A stretch of DNA of 64,000 nt from Balanoglossus misakiensis (GCA_040954595.2 JBECUI020000048.1:1-64000); one strand, 5' to 3'; positions 24,904 to 39,864 are shown, numbered from the stretch's first letter. Numbers and translations are program-made. The notes: a model not told the origin generated them from the sequence alone.

Positions 24904-27900
24904 GTGTGTGCCTTATAGCCTATCGTCAACTTTTCTTGCGTGAAAGTGTTTAAACACTGCCAAGTAGCGCCCTCGTGTCTTAAACTTCGATTTGGTTTCG
25001 TGCAGTACGTTTGTTTCACTATGGACAGCTGGATGTGTTGGTCTACATGTGATTTTTGTCGTTTCGCGCGGAGAGGGGCAAATCTAGAGTTCAAGATTCC
25101 TATTTCAGCCACACACTACATGAGACACCCCCTCGATATGAAGAAAATTCTCCGCATAGTTGACGTCAGCTGTTCCGCGTCTCCCTGGATGAGCATAGCG
25201 TATTGCCATGACAACCCTTCCGTCGACGGCGCGTTGCTATCTCTATCGAAAGTGTTAATGTCGACACCCTGTCTAAACGGCAAACTATTTTAGATATCGT
25301 TTGGACTTTATCTCATGCTGCATATTCCTGTTACGTCCATAACACACACTTCTATGAGATAATAACACCATTTTATGTAGATAAGTAAACTACATCGTTT
25401 AATAACTAAATTTGTTATATTTTGATGATTTAATTAACGAATAAAACTAGACGGACGCATGTCACCTGATCTCACATGGTTGAAAATGAGTTCACTTGTA
25501 TGCCACGAATAATCTGCAAGCGCAAAGAGGATAATCAGGTTTCAACCTCGAAATAATTTTCCTTCAACGAATAGATAACCTCTAGTTTCAACCACTGACT
25601 TGCGCTGTCGCTATGAATTCAGTGCAAAAGTTCATCTACCCAGCCGAAGACAGTTTACATGCAGGGGTAGTCTTTAACCGGGACAGTGAGCAGGCGATTG
25701 GATAAAGTTTTACCTATGCACATAAACAAACTCCGGTCGCGGAGTTAAATTTACATATATAAAAAATTATGGCCTGTGCGCCTCAGCGTATTTATGTTGC
25801 GAAATAACCGTTTAACGTCGTGTTTTCTTTTTCGATGGTAGGCCTGCGACGAAGCTCTCCAAGTTGTTGCGAAGAACAGAGTTATAACTGGGGTCACCAC
25901 GAACAGGATTTGCACACGTATTCGGAAGGACTGTCTAGCCGTTTCTCTTTGCGTGCTTCTGTGCGGTTAATCGTACGTTGGGACTTTCCGAAGAAGAGCA
26001 AGTACACGGACAACGAATAGTTTCGACTCTGTGACAGTTTATCTAAGGTGAGGACGGATTTTGCTTAATATTTGTAGGGACGCTTTTCTTCTGTTCTACT
26101 TTATGCAAAAGATAGTGTAGAGCCACTTGCGCAGAGCTTGATTTAGACCGGTTATAGGCAAGGTCTTGTCAGCGGATTTTATGGACAATTTCACTTCAGT
26201 AAAACGTGTCTCTGTTCCATCGGCGCAGTCGAGAGCGTCGACGGATTAACGTCGTATAAAACAGATTAACTATCGCGGAGCCTTGTCTGAGACGGCAGCG
26301 CCCATGGATATTGAGTCCACAAAAATCATATAATCAGCGATTGAAGAGTCTCTGTTACCGTTGAATGCAGGGGAATTCTCGATTGTGGATTTGGTCGATT
26401 GGCTACTGCAAAGTATGCGTGTCGTGTGTCGCTTCATGTCGTTTGAGTGGCGGACAGCTTCAGGCAAGGCGGCCACGCAGACCAGTGTGACCAGACCTAC
26501 CCAGGTCCGCCACATCACCGCCCCACTCTCACCCCACCCCTACCCACCCCTGATTTTGGTCACCGATCTAACGACCTGGCGTTACGGTAGATCATTTACA
26601 TAGAGACCATGTCCACTCCACCCTACCGAAAGTTTAGACCATTGTATAGATGTACAACATTGGACCCCTATGCTGTGAAAAGTACCGTTCCCTTTCAAAA
26701 ATAAGTACCCGGTGAAGTTTAAATATGTTGTTAACGCGACCCCAGACATATTGAAATTTATTCCCGCCGAGTACATATGGATGTTGACATTGAGGAGAAT
26801 CTCACGCCGCGAAGACAAAAAATGTGTCCCACCGGGAGATCAATTTGAAGTTGACGAATATATGCGCCACTGGGATATCAGTTTTAGATCAACATCATAA
26901 GTGTCCGATGCGCTTCATGAGAATGCTATCAGTGCAGCCCGACCCACTTATTTTGAAGACCTCAATGTATGTGTCACCGTTATAAACACAATACGGTTGA
27001 AATATCGATCGGGATGGTACAGATAGCTGGGGTTATGTGGTTAAAGGGCATTTCAAAATCAAATGACAATTTCAGGGAATGTCGTACTAGATGTTATACG
27101 CATGTATCTTATATGTATCGCAGGAAAATCAAAGAAAATGGACGTTTATTGAAATTTTCAGTCCAGATTTTTCACCGGACACACCCGAATTTGTCACGAT
27201 CGGTGCCGAACAATCCATGCGGACTATAGTGTATACATGTGCCGGCAAAAAGTGTATTGGAGACGGCAAAGTAGAAGCAATGAAAGTCAACAGTGTTTAT
27301 AAATCAACGCTGTACGCGAGAAAAAAATTCCCGCCCCCACAGATGGCCGACACTTTCGAAAAAAATGTCCTTCGGCGACCAGTTGCGGTTATGAAGGGGC
27401 AAAATGTCGCCTGTCGGTCACCATGATTAATGTCAGGTGGGGGATATATAATTTAGTAGGCGATTTAAGAACAAACAAACACAAAGTAAATAAAATGGAT
27501 CATAATCGTAAAGCACTAAAAACACATTTTTATTGGCGACGAGTAACGGTCGCGTCAGCGCGAGGAATTCTCGGGTCAAGTACGAGACTCGCGGCGATCA
27601 CGTAATTTGGTTTTATTGCTGATAACTGACACCTCGTGCGATAGTGTCCTTAAGCGACCTTTTGAAGGACCCATAGTCTAGTTAGGGACCGGCTTTTATC
27701 AATGTGAAACTGTCTCTTGAGTTTATGAGCCTATGGAATTTCCGACATAACCAAACGCGTAACCAGAAGAAATTGGCCAAAAATTTTGAGACCACGGCAC
27801 CGACCAAAGAAAAATTTCAACTGCGCTAGTTAATGTCACATGCCTTCAAGTGGATATTTCAGTGGTCAACCCATAACGGATTCCTTGATCTTTGTTGGTG

Positions 27901-29054
27901 ATTATCACCCTTAATTATGTTTGGAATGAATAATCTAATAACTTCCTCGAAAGAACGGTGACGGAATGCAATGAAATGAAATGAAACACTTCTAATTTCG
28001 CGAGCGAATGCACCGGATTGGCCGGCCATTGGTGTGATCAAATTCTAAGGCAGACCAACTCGACTGTTTAAATAGAGTTTCCGATTAGGTAATTCGTCCC
28101 AAATGAATGTAAACAGTGGCAGACGTAGGCGATCATTATTAGCTATATCTCTCTTTGATAAGTCTGTTTTTTTGCATCTATGAATGTCTAAGTCCTCACT
28201 CCTCAATATGCGTGTGGTCGTTTCAGTGGCGAAACATAGAGGGCGCTGTATAGCACTGCTTGGTACAGGTGTGTGCACATGCGCACCTACAGATACTTGG
28301 TACGCCGTTTCGGTATTTGACAGACTTTTCTTCAGCTAATGATGCATATAAGACCACATTTCATTCTAGCTGATAGACATCAAGCCGGGTGTTCATTGTT
28401 GTTTCAAGGCGAAGGTTCAAGGTGGCTATATCGCCAGGGTTCCTAGACGGGGAAGTCCAAATATAGTTAACGAACGCGCAAATTAATCTTCGCCGTTCTC
28501 AAGGCGCCCACATGTGTGTCTTTGAGCACGTAAGTCCAATTAGACGCGGGTGAACTCCATGCAACAAGTGAATTCCAGAAGTTGTGCCGTATTTGTTTGT
28601 TTAATTATGCCAAAAGTGTCTGCAGCCAGGGAAGTCTTGCTCCTCGCATTGTTATGAAAATAAATTTGAGCAGCCGAGCTGTCACGGGTGACGTGGATGT
28701 CTTACAGGGTGTGGGGTTTGACGCGGTGCACATGTCGCCTCATCCTCGGTGGGTTCAACCGCGAAGACCCGATTGTGTGCAGACGAACACGTAAAGCTGG
28801 CAAGGGTTTGAATGCGTGGGAAAGATGTGTAGAAAGAGACGAGTTTGGTTCACCAATTATGATGATGGTTTGGGTGGCCGATTGGATGGGTGGTAAGTGG
28901 TGTCATGAATGCTTATCGATGCTGTTACGTAATACATGTATAACGTGACCAGGTGTCACTACCAACGGGGCTAAGAATAAAGCGTGTATGGTTGTTCAAC
29001 GTGTCCGTCCAGTCTGAGAGTCGATCATGGGACATGTACCTGTATCCGGTGCAT

Positions 29055-29142
29055 GTATGCGTGCGTGTGTGCGCGCGTGTAGGTGTGTGTATGTATGTAT
29101 GTATGTGCGTACGTATGTACATGTATATACATAATTATGTAT
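29055..29142. repeat. (GT)/(GTAT) imperfect microsatellite
   Basis: Direct reading. Confidence 0.75.
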
Positions 29143-31153
29143 GTGAATTTTTGTCTGTTTTAGTCTTGGTTTTGTCAATACATCTACCATAATATTTTTG
29201 CATTTCTTTTGTTTTTACTTGTTACCCAGGCTGATGCCTTGTGGTGATAATTGAAATGACTCAGGTTTTTTCTTTTTTGTCCTATTGACCTGGCACGTCG
29301 CGCATTGGGTCTAATTTTACAATTGTGAAATCGATTATTACATCGCCCCTGAGCAGTGACGCAAATTATTAATATTTTAAATTTTTACGCGAGCAAAAAT
29401 AAACCACGTGGAATGCGTGGACAGAGCTCTTTAGTGATTTGCCGTTGCGTCAGTATGGAACTCATTAATTAAGACGAAATATCTCAGTCTAACAACGGTC
29501 TCTCCCTGGCCTAGCATATTTTAAACAAAAATGTTTGTTATCCAAATTATGAAAGATGTTATGTTTATTACGTGCTATTATCTAAACATTTCGTTCTGAT
29601 GACCGTGTATCAACGCACGTAGAAAACTCGAGCAAGTTACTTCACCGTCGCCTTCCAACTGTCGGCAATATATGGTGATATGTTTTTTGTCAGTCAACCG
29701 AACCTGATCTCCCTTTTAACTGAAAATCTGAAATGTTCCGACGCGCCAGATTTTCTTACTGTCCCTCAGGTAGACTTGGTTTCTTCAAATACTTTAAGTT
29801 AGAAACTTGAGTTGTTTTGATGTGTAGATAACGTAAGAACCTCGATTTTTGGTAGACCTCAGCCTGGTGTGGAAATGGCTATTTAAGAACCTTGATGATA
29901 TCGGAGAGATAAATTACGTGTATTGAGTGACTTAAAACGGTACATTCCTTGTCTGAAAGTCCTCCAATCAATTCTTGTGGTCGACGTACGCATGTTTCTC
30001 AAAAGACATTCAAACCGACGGCAGTAGTCCCGGCAATACGCTTAGTGGACAAGGAAAGAATGATTCGCCATACCACCCAGAATTATGTCTTGAGAGAAAA
30101 TTATTGCTTCTCTAATTCCTCGTAATTCGACCTTTCCCATCGGGGGTCAACTGGTCTCTTTTTCATTTGAAACGAGGAATGGAAATAGTTTCGTCAGCCG
30201 CGCATCCGGGAATCTTGACCCGGCCCTCGTCACAGGTCGGGTATGTTCGGTAATATTGCAAGCAGAACGTGTCGGATCGTCTTTCAATTTGTCACAGCGA
30301 TATTTAGCATTAACCTCGACATCGTTACTTGAGATGCAAAAAATCTCGAAGGCGTAGTTGTACGATATTATGCTTGTTACTGTGACACACGCATAGCATC
30401 ATGCCTGTCTGATAAATCTTGCAACCGCAAGAAATATTCTCTTGTGTCGGAGAGGTTTCATAAATCTCGCCCGGCTCCCGAAAAGACGTCTTCGTTCCTC
30501 GCGAACACGTGGTCTGGCGCGGGAAAAGTATTGCGTGATTTGAACAATCTCGGGTTGCGCGTTGGTATGTTATGTCGCGGCAAGGTTAAGTGAGGCGACC
30601 GTGTTGAGAAAGTTAATTGCCAAAGTGACATATCTGATCTTCCAGTAGAACCGTAGGGCCTATCACAAAGTGCTACTTGGCTTGCGCTAGCGCTACTAGA
30701 AGCAACGCTCTGTCTGTTCTGTGAGCCCAGCCATGCCTGTAGTCCACACAGCGTCCAACTTTGCTCCAGTTGTCGCCAACGTGCGCTCCGTATCAACGAG
30801 GCATCGGTAAGATGAGTGACGGCGGCTAAAACGAATTCGACGTCGACACTCGTGTTTATTTGCGCTGCGTCGTTATGGTTCAATAAGTCTGTTTATCACA
30901 CTTTTGTCGTTCGTCGAGTATCATCAATTTCTGTCATTGGACCTTCTACTAGGCAATGTCAAGTTCACGTGGAGATGTGACATTTATGAGACCCTGGAAT
31001 TTGTGTATATCGATAAACATACACATCCCTCTATGATACACACATATGATACACACATGCATGCATACATTGTAAGTAATGTTTCTTACGCTTGTAGCAA
31101 AATTAATGTGCGTGCATTTTTTTGTTATTTTTTGCAGCTTATCTTTTACAATA

Positions 31154-31229
31154 ATGCAGTATCTGCCGTGGCTTGTCGTTTTCTTGTATGCGTCATGCGT
31201 GACCTCAAAACCGGCTTCTTCTCGTTCAG
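31154..31229 (+). CDS. Secreted multi-SRCR protein, coding exon 1 (signal peptide)
   Basis: Acceptor TTTTTTGCAG at 31137 implies an upstream UTR exon. ATG 31154; MQYLPWLVVFLYASCVTSKPASSRS is a hydrophobic leader. Donor CAG|GTAAGT, phase 1. Confidence 0.82.
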
Positions 31230-31417
31230 GTAAGTTGGAATTTGCATTTTGGTCAGTTTTAACGAATCTAAGTGTTCCTGGACAAACAGTTTTTGATATT
31301 ATTGGGTGATTGATTGATCTTTGGTATCTGGTTATTGATTTATTGGATGGTTGAGTTTTGATTGAATTTTATTTATTCCTGCCTGATCGAGTGCCTTACT
31401 GATTTCTCAATTCCCAG

Positions 31418-31580
31418 GACTCACAGCACAGGATAACCAGACAGTGGTTCGATTGGTCAACGGCACAGTGCAGAACGAAGGCCGGGTGGAGGTGTTACTG
31501 GACGGGGTTTGGGGAACGGTGTGCGGCGACGGTTTCGATAACACCGCAGCCAACGTCGTCTGCAGACAGCTCGGATACAG
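31418..31580 (+). CDS. SRCR domain 1, N-half exon
   Basis: [44 protein letters not shown]; AG/GT, phases 1-2. Confidence 0.93.
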
Positions 31581-32012
31581 GTGAGAGAAACTCCAATACC
31601 ATTGGCAGGAAAGTTGGCTTGGAAAAATCGCAACACTGACTTATGGTTTCATGAAGTCAAAGTGCACGTGGTCATCTTTCCATCTATAAGTTGAAAAAAA
31701 TCAGCCATAAATCATTTGAGATATTCTCATTGAAATGAAATCGAAACCACCGAGTTTAATATTGGGACTGGGGCTATATACGTGTACACGCATACTTGAT
31801 GGAATACATGCCGATAACACGTGTACGAGGTATGGCAGTATTATGTCTCTGTGACGCACGTGCTTGACAAGGGTTGGCACTGCTGTCGCCAAACCCCAAA
31901 CGGCGCGAAGTCAGGCCTACATTCCAGTACAAATTTTATGAATTCCACTCATATCATATCAAACAATTTGATAGGTTCTAAAATCTGACTCGCTGACTTC
32001 CTTTTTTTTCAG

Positions 32013-32188
32013 TGGCGGGAGAGTGAACCTCAACGCCGTATCCATCGACGGAAGTGGACCAATATGGCTGCACGACGTTCGCTGCACCGGAAGTGAAACG
32101 ACCATCTTCTCCTGCGACTACAACGACTGCAGGTCTCACGCATGCGTGCACCACCGAGATGCGTTGGTGATCTGTAACACGGCACCAC
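32013..32188 (+). CDS. SRCR domain 1, C-half exon
   Basis: GSGPIWLHDVRCTGSETTIFSC...DALVIC; phases 2-1. Confidence 0.92.
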
Positions 32189-33988
32189 GTAAGTTTGCCC
32201 CAAAATATCGGTATAGTGTTCTAATAACGATTTATCAAAATGACCATTTGAATCATTGGCTAGTTTGTTTGCATATGGCGAAAGGTTGGCCGAGGAATTC
32301 GGTTCGCACAAACTGTGACCCTCCGTGTTTCGCCGGTTGTAAAATTGGATGCTCCACCCAAATAAGGTATTTTCCTAAAAAAAGAGAACCTGTCGTGAAA
32401 AAATTCCCGTCAATTACTGAACGAACCGAAAGAAATCGTGCGTGTGGTGCATGTATGAACTCAGACTCACCTATCATAACAAAGGAGTTTCCCGCCATAA
32501 TTCTACCTAGAAGCGACAGTTATGACGATCACAAATCATCGTTTGGTGAATTTATTTGTCACGGAAGGGTGGCAGTCATCACACGCGAATAAATTGCAGG
32601 TTTGTGAATGTTTGGTGACAGAGTATTTGCTAAAGATGGCGTTGTGTGGACACAAAATGTGCCAGAGAGTCACAGTTGTTGTATATGTGTACCGTGTCCT
32701 GTCGGCTAGATATTTTTGGTTTTTCAATATAGCTGAAGATAACGGCGTTTTCGTCATTTTACTGCGCATGTACGGTTAACCGTTGTCACCATCATACAGA
32801 GAATATTTTGACATGAAAATTGTCGCTCATCCAAATGTTTTGTCAAAACATGAAAGGTTGATCTCCCCTTTTACCGGTGAGACACGTTCGTCACGTGTCC
32901 AGAAATCTCGTTTTCATAACGTATACAACGAGCTTCCGCTTTGCACGACAATATTTGCCTGTTTAGTATGGGATCTCGCGCCTGTTTCTAAATGCCAGCT
33001 GTACATGTCCCCGGGGCGGACAGTGTGAAAATTATACACGCTTCGCCTGGCTCGGTTGATATTTTAAGCTTGACCCTCTTTTGGTATAATATCAGCAGAG
33101 AGTAGGTTTATTTACTTTGCGTAATAGTTTTGTATGGCTCGGAGGGATACACTGTGCAAAGTGGCCCTTTGATGAGTGATAGGGTCTTCGATTGGCCAAA
33201 GTTGGCCAATCGCTTTTGAACTAAAATGTAGGAAATGTAAAACGTTCGGATAGAAGAACCAAATTCACTGAAAAGCACTAAACATGCGTCAACTTTTCGT
33301 CCTAAAAACCTAAACCTGGGTCGATTCTATGGTGAAATGCTTTTGGAAAAACTAGCAACTGAAAGTTAGACAGACAGATAATTAAAACTCCAGACGGACG
33401 ACCGGAAGAAACACTAAACAACTATCTCTTGAATTGTTGAATCCCAGCTTCATCGTGTAAGCACATCCAGGAAAATTTGTGAAGTATTTGTGAACGACAG
33501 TTTTTATTTACGAAAATAACACTGTCGTGTTTATTTGAAAACCGCATCTGTGAATTTCCGACAAACGAAGGTCTTTCTTTGTGTCACTAACGTCGCCCAA
33601 ATAAACGTAAAAACTCTCAAACTTTTTACCTCCTTTGAAAATGGCACGAGGCGTTTTGTTTTGAGTCGGAGTCGTTTATTAGGTTGTCTGTTTATTGGTT
33701 GTAGATTCAGTCGTCTGTTACTTTGAAACGCGTTTAGGTTTTTGTATGCCATGTGAAGGACAGTGACCCCGCAACACAGAGATGTGCAGAATGTCATATT
33801 CTTCGCGTGACCCGATATAGACACCATCTTCGCGTGACCTTCGAAGTCTGAGAACTCCAAAGACCATCCTATCGACGTGACCTCACAGCGGGCAGTCGTG
33901 ATAAGAATGGTGTCATTTTTAATGAAATATCTCGCCTTAGCGCTTTACAGGTTCAACGTGATCTGATTGCTTTAAAAATACTTGCTTT

Positions 33989-33989
<1 letters not shown>

Positions 33990-34051
<62 letters not shown>

Positions 34052-34065
34052 AGAGAGAGAGAGAG

Positions 34066-34101
<36 letters not shown>

Positions 34102-34252
34102 GGTGAGAGAGAGAGAGAGAGAGTGGGAGAGTGAGTCAGTGAGAGAGAGAGAGAAAGACAGAGGAAGAGATAACCAGAGAGAGCGAGAGAAGGGAGAGAT
34201 AGAGTGGGAGAGTGAGTGAGTGAGAGAGAGAAAGGCAGAGGCAGAGAGATAG
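33990..34252. repeat. (GA)n/(GATA)n compound microsatellite in an SRCR intron
   Basis: Direct reading. Confidence 0.92.
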
Positions 34253-35350
34253 ACGCTCCAAACCTTTAGACAGAATAATTACAGACGAGTTGACAATCGA
34301 TAGAAGTGCTCGTGGCTAAAGACAGTAATTCTGCATCTTGATGACACTGCAGTTCACACATAGTTCCGATTAGATAACTTCAACAATGATTAACGTGGAA
34401 CTACAGGAAGAAGCGCATATATCACATGACTTCGTGAGCTGGTAATGGCAAATGTCAGTCCGCGTCACATCACGTAATCCCTGCCAAGATGCAGGTCTGT
34501 GTAAAGCACGATTGTCTGGTCCTCAGACATCCTTAATGAAGCATCTGTTATGGGATGTGAAGATATATTACCAGGTGTTACTTTTCGCCCCAGCGGACCA
34601 CCGCGACGAGACAAAACGAATGATAGGGGTAAATGGAAATTATCAATAAGATTTGGCCAAACTATGCATAATTAAAAAATGATAGCGAAGGAAATTTCGT
34701 TGAACCACCAAAAATCTCGCTCTGTGACGCGGTGATAAAAGGCGAGACTCTGTAAACTTTTGTCCTTAGAGTGTAAATAATTTGGCGAAGTTTATAGAGC
34801 GCTGTCTGAAAATAATATACACAAACAATGACCCGTCGTGACCTACACGTTTATGGAATGTCGGCTTCAAAGTAGATTTATTCTATTAAATGAGAGTTTT
34901 CGGAATATGCTTCTTAGTATTTGCAGAGCGTACAGGGAATTGTATGCGTGAAGGAGCGGCCGCTAGGGTACCGTGCAGCACTTAACGCAATATGGCGGCG
35001 ATGATTGACTGGTGACGCCGGCGCGCGCTACCTTCCCCACTTACGCACTCCGCATGCGCATAACGTCTGCACATTTGTGGGCATGCAAATGGTCACGTGA
35101 AATGTTACAATACAAAAATGGGAGAATTTGCGACATGATCACCAAATGTGTCAAATTATGTCTGAGATGCAAACTATTGTTATTGTGAATGTTCACAAGC
35201 ATATATGTCGCGACTATTATCAACTGGGCCCCTGGGCGCATGCTTTATGTCTTTGAAAATTGTAACATTTAAGTGTCACGTTTTTATACATGTGTGTATG
35301 ACAGGTACTGTCACATACGGACTCTAGATTTGTATCGTTTTCTCTTCCAG

Positions 35351-35504
35351 CCTCAAAGAGCAAAAACGTGGTCCGATTGGCGAATGGGTCCACACCAAAC
35401 AAGGGCAGGGTTGAGGTGTTTCTCGATGGTCTCTGGGGTACGGTGTGCGGAAACGGGTTCGACGAGAACGCCGCCGACGTGGTCTGCCGACAAGTGGGCT
35501 ACAG
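35351..35504 (+). CDS. SRCR domain 2, N-half exon
   Basis: VRLANGSTPNKGRVEVFLDGLWGTVCGNGFDENAADVVCRQVGY; phases 1-2. Confidence 0.92.
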
Positions 35505-36736
35505 GTAAGCGATATTGCGCGCGCATCGCATGTGGTACTGCTGCTGCGCAGATGTCGAGGATGGATGATGACTGTGTATATACAAGTCGGACATCTGGAC
35601 CGTGGGAAAGTGGGCTGATTAGCCGAAGTACCATGTCCTCGTGACGTCAAGCCAGGGGTAACCTCTGACAACTTCCACATAACTTTTCGCCCCGAAATTT
35701 ACTAAACGAAAACCGTGGTTTATAACAGTTTACAACCCATTTCACTGTATCAGAAAACGCGAATAGTTCGGCGTTTCAATATATACCGTATGGAAGCAAA
35801 AATAACTGTTTTTCCTGGGCTGACATTGATGGATTTGGAGAAATAAATTCTCGCTTCCATTGGTCCAAATATGCACAAAATGCAACAAATTCCTACAGTC
35901 CGAACCCCGAGACAATCTGTATCTCCAAGAACGACCAAACCGCCGCCAACCTCACACGCCTATTGTAAATCTTACATTTTACATCTGCATGACATATTGG
36001 CGAGTACCCGGCCTATAGGTCAAAACGAGGCAAATCATCCATGGAAATCAGTTTTGGCTACCGAACAAGGCGTGAACCGTGAAGTCGCGACGTTGATAAC
36101 ATACCATAAAACCTGGCCACCCCCGGCTATAACTCAATAGAATTATTTACACAAAAATAATCGTAAAGTATGCCAGGTTCAACCAAGAAAGTCTCAAAAT
36201 GATTCATCTTTTGAATGTGTCAACGAGTTCATTTCTCATCTTCTGTCAGTGGGGGGTCTTCTGTCGTGGATGACACATGTCCCGCGCCGTGGACATCTTC
36301 TTCGAAGAACTTGCCGGACAATAAATACGACGATTTATTTACTTTTCCTAACTGGTGTCTCTAGAGAAGTTGTCGGCCAATCTGTGGTAAAAGATGCAGC
36401 AGAAACGCTCGTTAAAACATAACAATATCCAGATAGCAAATGGTACCGGCTCACAGCTTGTAGCTTGAATAGAATGCATGCAATCGTAACTGATTTCAGT
36501 TAAACACCGTATGTAAACTCGCCATCTTTCTGCCCTGTGGTCCGCCATATTGAAGTCTGTTGTCCGCCATATTGAAGATGACGTAGGCCTACAGCAACAT
36601 GCCGGCCAAAATGGAAGTTCTGTTTTCAGAAATCTGTCGTGTGAAGCCTGAGACGAATGTAGCTTACATGGATTTGGGTATACTAGTCTCAGATGAGGCA
36701 TATGAATGTATCTGACGACCTTTATTGTTTTTCCAG

Positions 36737-36912
36737 GGGAGGAAAAGTTGACGAAAATGCGAAATATGGAGAAGGTGACGGCCCCGTGTGGCTACACAGC
36801 ACCAGTTGTACGGGCGACGAGGCGTCCATCTTGTTGTGCGCCGGCACACGTCACGCCGTTCACAAGTGCGCCCACTACCAGGATGTTGGGGTCACGTGCC
36901 ACACATTGCCAA
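36737..36912 (+). CDS. SRCR domain 2, C-half exon
   Basis: YGEGDGPVWLHSTSCTGDEASILLC...DVGVTC; phases 2-1. Confidence 0.92.
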
Positions 36913-38164
36913 GTGAGTATTATTTAATTCTCAAAGCATTTGTAAAATAAAGTGAGCCCACCACGCCCTCCATCGGTATGTTGCAACAGGTGGTGTTCGT
37001 ACCACGAGAACGTCGATTGCGCATGTCAACCTCAACAAGGGTCCCACAAAATCCGGCGGGAACAACTTCTAAAACAGCCGCCAAAAGTCACGTATATATT
37101 CAGTTGTACGTCAATGACCTTAGAAACAAACCGACAGTTCAAAAATAAATAAGCAAATCTGAGACATTCCGGACATGTAAGCGTCGCATCGGTTCATTAA
37201 TTTGCGCTATAAACCACGGGCAAAACATAGTAAAACAAACAAAACAACACGCCTTCATGTTGCCTGAGTTTCTGTCCAATCTCTTGTCCACGTCTAAATC
37301 ACTTTATACCTCACTACGAAAAAGTCTGAGGGCCATCACAGTTTCGATGTCAGCTAGGCATATCATATTAGCGCTCTGTTAATTTACTTCGAATTAATGT
37401 TTATTTTCGAAATGACCCAGCAGTCGTAATATAGTTTATCTCTAAAACCGAGCACGAAACAGCTGGTTGCTTGATGAGTGTGCGGTATGGTTGATGGATC
37501 CGAATCTCAAAGTCTCGTTTACGCCTCGTCGCTCGAGACCAGCCTTACTTTCGGAAACTGTTAATTTGTCCACACGATGTGGTCGCATTTTCGGGATGTA
37601 TGGAATCCAATACTGAGTGAATCCAAAACATTTGATTAACTTTTAACATCGTTATAGATTAATTTGCAGTTGATGCGTTTGGAATCTGTGATTAACTTCT
37701 AATACGTCACTGAATACATTTTAATCTGACTGTGGTTTGAGTCAATTAAAATCTCATGAGTTTCTACGGCGCTAGACTTGATTCTCACGACTTTATAATT
37801 GTACGTGGAGTGTAGTTAATTGGCCATTATAGAAGAATTTACACTGTACATACGTGGGCACTAACGCAGCTTTGGATGCACCTGGCTATAAAGACCACTT
37901 TAGGAAAGCCTGGCCGCTATAGACAGACTTGACTGTAGTTTATTTAACTAATGCACACTAAGTTTCAAGTATGTCCTTAGCCTACCCTACAAACCAGACA
38001 TCACTTCACGGATACACACAGAGAACCCGCGCCGCCCATTTCGTTTACAGCTCACAGTCATACGCCACAAGTCAGCACTAGTGTAAGTTTACAATCCACA
38101 GTGAACCAGAACGACACTTGATTACAGCAGTCTAAACTACTCTCGGTTTTTTTATACCCATCAG

Positions 38165-38303
38165 ACGAAGGTGACGTTCGACTGGTTGGCGGCCAATCTA
38201 GGGGGCGGTTGGAAGTTTTCCACCAGGGCTACTGGGGCACCGTGTGTGACGACCTTTTCGACAAGCGTGATGCCGAGGTGGTCTGTCAGCAGCTGGGATT
38301 TGG
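38165..38303 (+). CDS. SRCR domain 3, N-half exon
   Basis: [43 protein letters not shown]; phases 1-2. Confidence 0.92.
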
Positions 38304-38682
38304 GTCAGTGGTGATCATACTCTCTCATATTGCAAACCTCTTTGCTGTATCATTTGGGATTCTCTCCTACTACATTTCTCCCACACGGGGCAACACTGTT
38401 TTATTTTGGTCATCTTCTGATTCAGAAACACGTGTTATCGCCTTGTGTTTAGATGGTACATCTCAGCATGGTGTAGTTGTATCGTCTAGATGCTCAGGAT
38501 ATTGTGGTCACGCTTGACATGTTCAGCTTTGGTGTTTTAGAACTTTCTGAAAAACCTTGCGTCGCGCGTAGTCGTATATGGCGAGATAAAGTCGCCATTC
38601 TCGCATATTCAGTTTTGATGTATAGCAAGTAATGACGACGCAAACTGACGGTCCGTCCTTTCTTTACATTTCACATCTCCAG

Positions 38683-38852
38683 ATATAATATCGGCCGAGT
38701 AGACGGTTCAATTTCCTCTGGCCATGGCTCCGTCTGGCTCGACGATGTCCAGTGCACGGGGTCAGAAAGTCACCTGACCCAGTGCCGCCACAAGGGGTGG
38801 GGTCAACACAACTGCGACCACTCCGAAGATGTGGGGGTCAGCTGTGAACCAG
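38683..38852 (+). CDS. SRCR domain 3, C-half exon
   Basis: [42 protein letters not shown]; phases 2-1. Too short for the ORF track. Confidence 0.92.
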
Positions 38853-39242
38853 GTCAGTAGGTCACATAGTTTTTCAAGCTTGTAGCAAGGAGGTATGAGC
38901 AAGGGCATGACATTCTCTTACCACAATCTGAGATAATTTGCCAACGTGAATTCTGGGTAATCATCCAGCAACCATGAATATGGTTGTTTATATAATAAGC
39001 CACTATGTTTTTGGCATTACATTTACTTACTATGTTGTCTGTGGTAACGGCAAAACTAAGATCTGGTATTCTCGACTGAAAAAAACAGGCAGGCTTTTCC
39101 CTTAACATTTCGCTCGGGGATGCAGGGATAGATGAATTATGACGGGGTCAAGGGTCACGGCGCCATGTTTAGTTATGTCGACGAAGCTGTCACGAGGGAG
39201 CTGGAAGAGTAGAGGTGAACGGGGTTTGACAGGGATGGGTAA

Positions 39243-39512
<270 letters not shown>

Positions 39513-39685
39513 TAAGTAGTTCTAAATATAACCCAGTTGGTAGACGGTGTTAAGATATACCCATTTTGGCGCAGAAAGAACATTACAGAACATAACAGTT
39601 TAATATATTTCGATTGGTCTGTTTCTTTTTGTTTTTTCTTGTGACTTCACAAGTTTGAAACAAACGAATATTTTGTCTTTTCCAG

Positions 39686-39864
39686 TGAGGGCGCCGCCGC
39701 TTACTCTTCTGGCCACTTTGGCATTGGCAATGGCACAATCTGGTTGGATAATCTCAGCTGTGGTGGTCACGAGGGCACTCTGGCCAATTGTACTCATCGT
39801 GGGTGGGCCGTCGAAGACTGTGGCCACCATGAAGATGTGGGCGTGGTTTGTAACGCAGCAACAG
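39686..39864 (+). CDS. SRCR domain 4, C-half exon
   Basis: FGIGNGTIWLDNLSCGGHEGTLANCTHRGWAVEDCGHHEDVGVVC. Confidence 0.93.

Noticed and set aside
24732-25112. Poly-Pro/poly-Ser ORF
   Set aside because: Translation of the compound microsatellite.
33800-36577. Short direct repeats TCTTCGCGTGACC x2 (33800, 33827) and GTCCGCCATATTGAAG x2 (36540, 36562); also TGTCCCTTTAATGAAA x2 at 8527/8549
   Set aside because: Ordinary local slippage duplications in introns; no further structure seen.
37880-37937. Possible Tc1/pogo-type MITE remnant ending ...GACTTGACTGTA
   Set aside because: Only a degenerate inverted match (~12/16), with no left terminus or TSD.
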